Origin: Phoronis australis
Taxonomy: Eukaryota; Animalia; Phoronida
DNA: 64,000 nt
Assembly: GCA_002633005.1 (NCBI GenBank)
Contig: NMRA01000138.1
Span: 124,001 to 188,000 of the forward strand
Reading direction: 5' to 3'
The stretch's first letter is position 1. Each line of letters begins with the position of its first letter. The notes beneath the pieces are model-generated. The model had not been told where the DNA came from, did no database searches, and worked only from the letters and a program-made list of their open reading frames with translations. This document shows positions 27,501 through 39,500 of this stretch, one piece after another. The translations under genes and the position numbers were made by a program.

Positions 27501-30500
27501 ACTGACCAGTAGGAGCTAAAGGCGTATGCCGTCATTGGTGCGAAACAGCTTTATTGGCCAGCAACAAGAAGAACAGAAAATTGTATAGAGTTTGGTATTT
27601 TGCTATTAAGTGATTCAGAAGCAGATAAGTAAAATCTGTAAGTCTTGACATGCTTTATATATAAGTGGTCAACTTGATAGTGGCGAGAAACTATGCGCCC
27701 GAAAGGTAGCATGAATGCTGAATATCGATAGCTTTATGAAGAAAGGCCTAGTAAATCTGTGGCTCATTCTGCGATGCTCAAGAGATACAGCGAAAAATCT
27801 TTTTGCATGCAATGAAAATTATGAGTTTACTGTCACAATTCAACATTCCAGGCTTGCCAACCAATCACTTCAATGACAACCATTTTGCTAGTGTATGAGT
27901 TAGATGAGCGCCTTTGCACTTCAATCATATAATTTTGCATAATTTCACCAAACTTGCATGCAACTAACTCCACAGAATTTGCCATAAATTGTTGTTATTG
28001 CTATAAATCCAACACTTACCCAGAGCCTTGATGACATTTCCCAGAGTGACTAAAGATTTATTAATATTAGCACCTTCCTTTAGTCTCCCCCGGGCATTCT
28101 CATCATTGTAGTGAGGATTAGCTCTTTCACTGTAATGAAATGCACGTTAACATACAATGAAGTTCTTTCCACAGAGGAACTAGCAAAAAGCATTTCCTTT
28201 GGATGGAACCCACAAGGAAAAATTTAAGGTTAACTATCCAAATCAACAAATAGTTCTTATGCGCTTTCCCTTAACACATTATAGACCAGTTTTCAACTTG
28301 AGATTTCAGAATCAATCAGTTGCTCACCACTCATTGCCCAGATTGGCAGAATTATCAACAATGAGTACTTTTTAACCAGGTAATTAAATCTTAACCAATC
28401 ATAAATGAAATCATTTTATCAAGCCAGACAGCATAAACCATATCTTGGTATCAACACTTAAAAATGTCTGCTGCTTAATTGTCCAGGGAGATAACTCCCA
28501 ACTTACCTCCCAGCCAGATCCACAAGGTGAACTTTACTCACTGTTTCACTGGGTAGTTCCGCATCCAGTTTGGCCTGAAACGTAATGCAAGCATTCGTGA
28601 ACAATTGAAAGAAGTATTAATGAATGCACTTCTGTGTTGAACTTAAGACATTTCAGAGAAGACAGCACGCAGGCTTTTCCGTGATCTCTCATGCAAGTCT
28701 AAATCTTGTGATCACTGACAAGCTATATGATCAGTGAATCAAAAATCTAGCTTAACTCTCTTCCCTCAGAGTTGAGTGCGAAAGACAGCAACAGTAGGAA
28801 GAGCTTTAAGGTGCAAAAATCCATTAAATACAAAGACAGGAACAATTGGAAAAACTAAACTGACAAGCTTTATATGCGGTTATAAGCAGTGTAGTCTGGA
28901 GTATTCACACCACTTAAGGCCGCATGGAACACCACATTGTTTTGGTTTACGTTTTGGTATGGTTCTCCCTAAGTTTTGATTTTTTAATACTGCCATATAA
29001 ATTAATCACAAATAACATCATGTGTGACTTTAAAATGGCTAAACTATGAATCAGACATATTCATAGACTATTCTTGTCAGGTGATTGTTAACCTATAGAC
29101 AAAGTACTAGTCATACTTTTCAAAATAACCAACATCATAAATGGGTGCATTGCCGTGGGTTTCAAAACACAACTTTCTTTTTTTAATCAACAGTCGCAAC
29201 ATTCCACAGGAACTCTGTTCATTGTATGTAGTGTGATTGTTGGACAATTTGAACAATCATGCAAGCCTAATTTGAAACCGGGGCGCTACTTGCCAACATT
29301 AAAACTACAAACATTTAAATACACTTTGAATAAGATCAGCCTTCAATACCATTAACAACATGGCTTTGTGTAATCGGGCATTGTTGAATAAATATTATTC
29401 TAGCCAAGGAGGCTTGCTTTGCAAAGCTGAACAAGAGCAGATAACCATAATGTCATAAATTCAAAACATGGAAAGTAATTTGATCCCTTTCAAATATATT
29501 TCATGGATGAAGATCATTTATGAACAACATAAGTGATTCTATGATAATCTGAATTTTTAACATATAAGTTGAGGGCACAAGCTGTCTGACCTTGTACTGC
29601 GGTGCTCAAGACTGTAATCCATCTTTGACACTAGTATTTTCTCTGGAAACTCTTATTCCTTAAACTGACATTTCCATCAAATTCCCTACCTAAATTAGTC
29701 CTTGCAAACACCGTTACTTGCCCATACAAACTGTGTCACAAACATTTCAACACAAGAATAGAAGACAAACTTCAACCCCTAACAATATCGTCCAGCGCTC
29801 CAACAAGAAAAAAACGAATTAAAATCCAATTCCTGTGAAATGGATGGCTAGCCCTTCAAACCTTGGACTGTATCACATCATTTGAAAAATGCTCCCTCAG
29901 CAGCAATTTTCCAATGTAGCAGCAACATCATAAAATATGCCACGCCACTAGATGGCGATAGCGCAGTGTGGTAGTCAACATGCTACATTCCTGTATGGAC
30001 TTAATGCACATGGATATTTTACAGAGTTTTTATAAATTCTTTGCAGCCACTATGCCAACAAATTGCAGCTGCTGTTTGCTAAGACATTCAAATTGTTCAC
30101 ACAAAAATGTCCAATATAAATGTCTCAAAATGTCCGTGAATGAAAGAAATTAAATTTCGTTCCTGTCAAGTCATAAAGTTATACACACCAGAATTAGAAA
30201 TTGGGTCAAGCGAAATACATTTCTATGCTCTCCAAATGCTAAAGAGTAGTATGTAGAATGTTTCCTATTCGTGTTGGTGGCTGGAACCAATTGTAAGTAA
30301 TATTGTGAGTTAATTTTCAAAGGGTTGATTGATGCTGCTCCAGCTGATTAAACAAGTTTAGCAATCTGACTAGTAGTCACAAACCAAGTCAAATTTAAGA
30401 GAACCCATAACTTGGTTATTAACAAACTAATGGAAAAAAAACAACAAATATTTAGTTGACAGAGTACACTGAGAGTAAAACAAGAAATTTTTGCCACCCC

Positions 30501-33500
30501 GAAGATGTGAACAGCTGCCCATCGTGTTACTTTGTGTGTCATTCAATTCCACAGCATCAGATATCATCATATAAATTGACTATTAAGTTGTACATGGGAT
30601 GGTGCTAGATGTACCTCAGGTGATATTTGAAACGTGTCATAAACCGAAATCTTTAAAATCTCTGACCATTATTATCACTGCCTCAGGCAGTAGTTGTGGA
30701 ATGTGATAACCTTTGACTGACTATTTTCTCAATCACAGGCTCAAAAATGGGAAGCATAACATTTGACAGGGTTATGTCACCTATCTGACAAAAAGCTGAC
30801 CTCTCCATGAGCAGGGTCGGAGCACTAGCTATTCAAAGGTGGACAAAAGAATGTCTTTCCCTGTTGTTCTCAGATTTTGAACTGTGCAAAATTCATAGAA
30901 ATGCTGGAAAATGAAAGAAAGAATAATTTCCAGGCAGGTGGCTCGAAAACATAAATAACAATACTCGAGAAGAGACAGATATTTGTTTAAAAACAAAAAT
31001 AGAAGAAAGCTTTGATTTAAACAGCAGAACACTATTTATTTCATGGAATGCACGCTTATGTATCGTGTAAGAAAATGTTTTGCTACTTGACCAACATGAG
31101 AAACTGTGACTCACATAGAGATAATTTAAAGTTAATGGCCGAAGAAATATCAGAGGACAAAAGGGACATTTTTCATAATACTGGACAAACATCTACTCAA
31201 TGGCTGAGTTAAGATTTTCTGTTTATAAGAGTTGTGATAAATCCCATCAGACAACAAGCAATAAATCCTTGGGCTGCTATATGACTTGCAAGACAAAAGC
31301 TATTTTGGATAAGTGTAAATCTGCTGCTTTTGTTATCAGTTGAAGTCAAATATCTGACAGCTACTTGGCCCTTAGTCTATGGTGTTGACCTGTCTCAATC
31401 TAGCAGTTAGCAATACTCTCAGCTATCAAGTTAAAAGGAAACAACAAAATAAGCTTTAGACATCCATAGTTGGAGGTATGTCAGGTTAATATAGCAGCTA
31501 ATTCTCTGAGTCCTCCAGAATACACACGGACACATATTTACATCAATAAGACAGTAACTGGTCCATGATTATCAGTGTGGTTTATAATATTCACCGTAAA
31601 CTTATGGGTTAACACCCATGCCCGAGTAATCGCCCACTCCCAACTTTTGCCAAATTTCGATGTAAGGGTCCACTGTTCTGGTAATCACCCACTTTGCGCA
31701 AATTTCAGCTTCTCGGGTAATCGCCCATCCCCAACTTACCACAAACAGAACTTGAGTCTGAACTTGTGCTTTTGTTCGTAGCTCTGCTTTGGGCTCGGAT
31801 TTTCGTGTTTGCGGGAAACATAGCATGTGAACGTACAATAGTCTTGAAAAGTGCGTTTTTAGCTGACATTTGTGGAATAACTTAAGCGCTGCAACTACCT
31901 TTTCTTAAGCTTATTAACTGGTATTTTGTTAAATTAATATAGACTAACTCTGTAGATTTCTATAGAACTGGCGTTTTCTAGTACGAGATTAGTCATCGTT
32001 CAGTAATGATCTCGATTGGACTGTGAAGTTATTTGCGCGTACAAGTTCCACGCACGGAGCACGTGATATTGCTAAATCTCCCGGGTTGACAAAGATTTGA
32101 ACTGAGCAATAATCACAACCCCTTTTGTTGCAACATTTAGCAAGCTGACCAGGTCTGACGTACTTCGATTTAAAAACAGATTATCACAAAGTCGTGCTTC
32201 CCGGCGTGGTCCATGGCTTTTACCCCATGAAGGAAACCTGTCAGTGTCAAGCCTCAAACAACTCACCTGCACATTTGACACGACAAATGATGCACTTGAG
32301 TTCATATTTGCATGTTTGAGACAGCTCAACTCAGTTAAATTTTATCCCTCGAGTAGTCTAATCCTGTCAGACTGGCTCACACCACGTCGCAAGTGTAAAA
32401 AGACTGGGTCGCATTTGCAGCCGTGTTTTAACCGAGACAATGAAATGTAGTTATGTTAACTGGTCTGAAACAGATCTCGCTGATACAGTAAGTGGACTGC
32501 CATTCGAGTTTCATTAAGTTCCGCGGTATGACATTTTGCAGCACGTTAATATATTTGAAAACGTCCGAGTTTTTAGCAATGCTCTCCCGAAATCACACTT
32601 TCAAAGTCGAAATCCTGAGCTGTGAGAAAATGTGGTTGTCGGGTTCTGCTGATTAACCGAACTTACAAGTTCCATGCTCGAATGAACACTCCGTGCGCTT
32701 GCCCAGTTTAGCTAACATTTGGACGTAAGCGGCCACTGCTTGGGTAATCGCCCAACCCCCAACTTTTGCCAATTTTCGGTTTAAATGTCCACTGCTTGGG
32801 TAATCGCTCACCCTCATGCCTAAGGGTTTCTCAGCAACTTTACGGTAAACACGAAAACACTTTATGGTTCTCATTACCAGTAGACTGGCTACTAATTAAC
32901 CAGGGACCGTTATCAAAGGAAATACGGTCAACAATAAGACATCGGGGATCTGTTCAATAAAGGTGAAATTGTGTGGTTCATTTGGCAGTAACAGCCAATA
33001 TACTCCGGATATCACTAAGCCTCTGACAGTGTCCTGTGGACGTTTGCTACACACCTGAAAGAATTTACGCTTGATTGACCACAATAAACCCTACTGCACA
33101 CGTTTATGTACTCGTGCAAACACTACCAGTCAATACCTGAGAGAAGTTTATAGTGAGTATTGCATGACTCCTACTGCTCAAATCATGCATGTGTGTGGCT
33201 GCTGTCGTCCGCATCTCGTTGCCTCGTTCCAACAGCAGCTGTACTTCACTGTTATTAGTCACCCTGTGACGCGACAGATCTGAATCACAAAGGACATGAT
33301 GTCATTAGCCTAAACCTGATAAAGCAACCATGATGATATGACTTACAAGTAGAATAAGAAGATGAATATAGACAGTACACATATACTGAAAACAGAACAT
33401 TCTGACCCGTATGCTTTAAGAACTGAGTTACCTGTTCCACCTCTTCTGGTCCTTCACTCACTACTCACCCTGTACATGTGGACCCTCTTTGGTTCTGGCC

Positions 33501-36500
33501 CTACAATAACTACTCACCCTGTACATATGGTCCCTCTTTGGGATGCTCTCGTACTTTTAGAGTGTACTTTTCTCCATGCCTCGACAGTGAAGGTCGCAGA
33601 AGGTCACGAACTCGCTCATTGTAAATCTCAAGGTAACTGCAAGCAGATCCATGATAACCAGAGTGAAAAGTCATCAAGTATTACTTGATTTGATATGTAA
33701 ATTTATAGTCTATTCTGTCATAGTGGTCACTGATGACTGTTCACAGTAAATGCATTGTTCAATCATGCCACTGTTCAATCATTATGAATCCTTATAGAGT
33801 ACTAAACCTTGATGTGAACACTCAAGAATATCTTCAGGAGCCTGCTTCATGTGGTAAGTTTTAAGTTTGATTATTAGTTTAGAAATGTGATGCCACGAAA
33901 TGTATTCAGCAGATGAACTTTTAGTATATTCTCCTCCATTCCTTCCTATTTCACACCACTTCCACAAGTTGGTACATCATAAACACCCACGTGACACCAG
34001 CCTCGACCAACTCACCTAACATCAATACAGTAAGTGACACTATCTTCATGGATGTCATCCATACGTGCAAACAGACCCTCACACAGCCGCGGCGTAATAC
34101 CCACTTCAGCCTAAAGCGAATAAAACAGAAAATTTTACTTCTAAGACAAAGCAACATACTGGTTTATAACAATTTGCGAGTGCATGTCAATTTTCAAATC
34201 TTCAAAAAATTATCCAACTGGGTACTAAGTATTAGGTGAAGTGTTCTTCACATAAGAGCTCTCCTTTAAAGGACAAATCTTCAATCACAGTCAGAAATTG
34301 GAGCGATTCCTAGATGCTTATCCCATTCAAAGAATGTGCCAAAATCCTGTGAGAGGTAAGCAACACCAGTTTTCATTAAGACTCAGATTTTTACAGTTTT
34401 AAGACCTAAAATGAAAATAGACAAAAGGTGAGATGTCAACTTTGGAAGACCACTGCACTAAATATTCTCCTTCTAGTCCCATTACCTCCATCAATACTTA
34501 CCTGGTTGCCCATCATTGTATATGTCTTGCCTGTCGAGGTCTGTCCATAGGCAAACAGACAAGCATTGTAACCCTCATAGGCAGCCTGTAGCACCTCAGT
34601 CCCCAAATCTTGGTATATCTGAAACACAAGCAATAAGAATAATAAAACGACTAACAACCATTATAATTATAATAACTTCAGCACTTTTCACCAGTAAATT
34701 TCTACTTTATCACCATGACAATGATTTTTTTTCTAAATTTTCTAGAAACATAGAAAACTGGGAACTAAAAGTCAAGTGCAGAATCTCTTCACAATTTGTG
34801 CTGCGTTCCGCAGACCAGGTGTCTTGAAAGAAAAGCGACATCATGCAAGTCTTTGCAAGATATCGTCATGCATTACAACTGAAGCATGTGATCAGACTAG
34901 TAGCTTTTTTCGCAAGTGCCTTAGGTCTACAGAACATATTCCTGGTTTCCTCTGTTTCCCTCAGTACAGTTTTGTAGACACATGAATCTTGCTAAAAAAG
35001 CTAGAGTGATCACATGTTGAGGTTGTAATGCATGGTGTCATCTCATCAAGTCATATGTTGAGGTTGTAATGCATGGTGACATCTCATCAAGTCATATGTT
35101 GAGGTTGTAATGCATGGTGACATCTCATCAAGTCATATGTTGAGGTTGTAATGCATGGTGACATCTCATCAAGTCATATGTTGAGGTTGTAATGCATGGT
35201 GTCATCTCATCAAGTCATATGTTTTTGTGTTTTTGAAAGAATCTCAGGTACACGGAATGATAATCCTGTTCCACGGGAAATCAACCCTTAAACCCAGAAG
35301 TCACCAGCAAGCCCTGTTCCACTGCACCACACCTCCAGCTCACAGTGTAACAGATAGACCTGTTGTTATGTAATATCATTAATTTGAGTTGTGGTATTAT
35401 GAAAAGCAGAGCCCCTTGTTAAAATATGTAATGTGAAACATATGAGTAAAAACAACTGAAGAAATGTGATGGAGATCGTATCAAGTCACGTAGGCTGCAT
35501 GAGGTAACTCAGCAATGGCAAAGTGAACAAATTGATGACAGATAAATTTCACTAAAAATATTTACAACTATTGACTCCAGAAGCTCACAACACTGTAAAT
35601 GCTAAATAAAAATTCCAAATGCCATTATACCATAAAAATCATGAGCAGAGTAGATTTCCTGAAAACTTATTTCTATTGAAAAATTTCGACAATAATTTTG
35701 TGTCGTGCATAACCCCTGATATGTCACATGACAGGATTCTTCATTGTACTGGCAACACTCAGGACTTACAGTGAGAAGGTTACTGTCCATATAGAGCAAA
35801 AACTGAATGTTTCAAACTCAGACAAACAAAAAATAAACATGGCAACTAACCCAAAACTCCATCTTAACCAAAGTGTTTAACTATGTGGTCAACTGCTTTT
35901 TCAACATGAGAGAAGAATATACATCTGAAATTGAATTTCTTTTCTTGATATATATATTTATTGAAGAATACACAGAACATACAAAGAAATAATGACAAAC
36001 CCAGAAATCGCGAAGCATTATATCTGGATTAAAATTGCTCCCCTATAAATCCTGTTCTGTATTCAAAAACAACTTTCTTCAAAAGTTTCTCTTACTCAGC
36101 AACATCTCCAGATACTTATTTATCCCGCGGTGACAAGCAAACTTGGTTAGTCTGGGCTGAAGCAAACAACGACTTGTCAGTTTTTCTCAGCCTAGAAATC
36201 CTTTCTAGGAAGTCCCACAATATTTGTACCCTCCACTATGCCCAAAAATACCATGGAATTCATTCTACGTCAGCTGAAGTAACAAACTGAATGAATACAA
36301 GACTGCTTGTTATATTTTCTTGTAACAGAGGCAGACAGATATTATCGCCTTGACATGAGGAGACTGATTTCACAATATTAAGTGAATTAAGTTTGTTTTT
36401 GTCATAAGGTTCTGGTTTATTACACCTCTAACTACCAGACAACAATACAAAGCATGCTTTTTAGTTCCACCTCAAGAAGTTGTTAAATTGCCAACAAGTT

Positions 36501-39500
36501 AAAAGCATCTTTAATTAATCGGAATGTTTAGACAGTTCTTTTCCTGGCACCCAGATTTGTGATGTCTGTTTAAATCATTGGCCAGCAAACAAAGAAGTGA
36601 TTGCAGTTAATTAGGAGATGAGTCTGCATGTCTGCTATCAGCAACTCCCAGAGTTGTCAAGAAAACCATCAAATCATTTAAGCATGAAACTGACCAGAAG
36701 CTAACACCCTCAACCTTATCACTTTACTTTCCTGCCATGCATTGTAACATCAAGTGCAACAGTCAGAACTGCCCAACTGTAGTTTGTATGCAACAGCCAA
36801 GCAGCTTTAAGTGTTGTTATCACACCACAGAAATAGTATATTCCTTAGTTGAAATGTCAGTTGTTGAATCAGTGGTGTTTTTTATGGTTCAATGGTTCTT
36901 TTAGACCAAGCATTCTGTCACACTAGATTCACACTCAGATTCCCGTGACTTGCTAAAACAGCGAAAACACTAGCGTTTTAGCCAGACCTACGATCTATCC
37001 ATGAACACGCGATTTTCGCTAGCAGTTACTTTCCTCACCACCAGGGGTTACTTTTAAGTGAAAATTGTTGTCAAAACACATTTAGCCTGTATCATAAATT
37101 GATAAGTGTGATGATGATAAACAAAGGCCTATTAACACTACGCATGTGTGTCCTTTGAAGCAAGAAGAACTGCTTGCAAAAGTGTTAGCGAAAATGTCAT
37201 CAGTTTTGGGATATTTTCAAACCACGAGCAAAGCAACAACGAAAGTGACACTTGAAACAAGTCATATCTCTAGCGTTTTTGCTACTACTGAAAGTGCTAA
37301 TGGAAACTGTAGCGTTTCAGTCAGTTTGTCAACAGTACGGTAGGTAGGTATGTGAGTGTGTGTGCCATACTATAGAACAACCAAATGATTCATGTCATGG
37401 GTTTCAAGGTCCAACAAATTACGATTCAAGAGGTCATCGTTCCCCCCAGCCTCATTACTGTCTAGAGTTGTCATCACAATTTCGTGCCTTATTATTGTCT
37501 AGAATATTGTCATCTCAATTCTCAACTCCTCATTTCTATTGTTCAAGCGAAGGCAACATTTTACCACAAGTGGTAACACGATCTTTTCACGAGAAACTGA
37601 TACAAGCAATTACAGATGACACCATATTTTTAATGACAGAAAGACAGAACTACGACCAAAACACAAAACCTGTAATCTAGCAAATTACAACTATGATTCA
37701 TATGCTAGTCAATATCATCATTTCTGCAAAATCAACACTGATAACAAATGTAGCCTCATATCTTGAGGAATGAGAAAATCTTTTCGAAAGATAACCAGTA
37801 GTTTTGCAGTTAATGGAAGTGTTATGTAACCAATAGTTCAGGAATGGGTTTGACAGTAGAACCAACTACACAAGAAAAACAAAATAGAGCTGAGTACATC
37901 TGTTTAAAACAGATTACATTAGAGATAAACTAAGAAATATTTGCCATTGTTTTTTGTGAAAAAAAATCAACACAAAAACTCAAGTACCATCCCAAGGCAG
38001 ATTCTCATATGAAGTAAACTGAGATTTATGAATTGGAACCTCAAATACACATACTGGTATAGCTTGTGACACTATGTCAAGAATGTTTGGCTAGGGTGTT
38101 AGAGGTGTGTGTGAGCAGATTTGGAAGTCTCAAGTAGATAAATATTTGCTTTAACTGGTAATTTTAGAAGGCAGAATCACAACACTTTGTTAACAAACTG
38201 ACCAGAAATAGATCTAGATAACAGTAGAGTTACAACTTGTGTATTGTATTTACACTGTGATGCTATGCTTAGAGATTAACACAGTACCATTGGCATACAG
38301 GTTGTAATGAGCACTAGAACTTTTGCTGGTAGTGAAAATTCTAGTGAGGACAATGATTTGGATAGTACCTAATGTTTGCTGGTACTTTCAGATACCCAAA
38401 ACTGCTTGTGATTTCGCCAGCTCTTTTGAAGCTAGACACCTGACTAGGCTCGCTTTAGACTTTTAATGGTATTAACCAAAATGACTAACGCATAAAAAAA
38501 CTTAGCCATTTTCAAAAATTATATTTTCTCTTTTCCCAACCCCCAATTGATAAAAATACAGCTACACACAGACCAAACTTTCATGTTATGAACAGGTCCT
38601 TTTCATGATGTACTATAAGAAAAGACCTTTGCCTCAATAAAAAAACAAATGATCAGCATTCCAAGGTCATATAGCAAAAACACTGGCATGTGTTCAACTT
38701 CTGCTGTGGTGCAGAGTAGTGAATATATAACCCATATTTAAGTAACAAACTGATATTTACTTCACCTTGCTTTAGTTCGGCCGGCCGCCATCGAAATATT
38801 CTTCTATTCGTCATTTTAACATTGTTACTTGCGACTTGATTCAAGCTGACTGTGAGTCGACATGAGAGTAGGTATCCCAAAATTAATTTTTATTGTCAAG
38901 TTATGAAAGCATTCTCCGACTTGAGAGTAGGTATCCCAAAATTAATTTTTATTGTCAAGTTATGAAAGCATTCTCCGACTTGGAGAATGGACTTAGTTAG
39001 TGCTATCGTCAGTACTGCTCAGAATGGACTTAGTTGGCGTTACTATCGTCAGTACCGCTCAGAATTGGCCAATGGCGAGCTGGCGAGCAGCTAGCGCAAG
39101 CCTAGCCTGATACAAAGCACAGATATAATAAAACACTATAAAGTTTCTTCAATTTCAATAAAAAATACTGGGAAAACTTATTTACATGGAGTGAATGCTG
39201 ATAAGTTAAACAATGTTTAGCTATTCCATATAGACAAACCTTAAGTAAAATTTTCTGAAAAGTTAGTTCTGTTGAAAACTTTTAAGACATGATATTTCAC
39301 TTGTCTTTCATAGGGTGTTCCAAACTGAAGATTTTTTCTACATAGTATATAATAGGAAATAGACTTCACCAAAATAAGCAGCAGGTGGCGATTTCTGTCT
39401 CAGTCTGGTGGTAATTGAGGCCAATATTCCAACAGTTTGCAAGGTCTATATTTCTATAAATGGAAAACCAACATGGGGTCTCACAATTATTGGGATTTCC

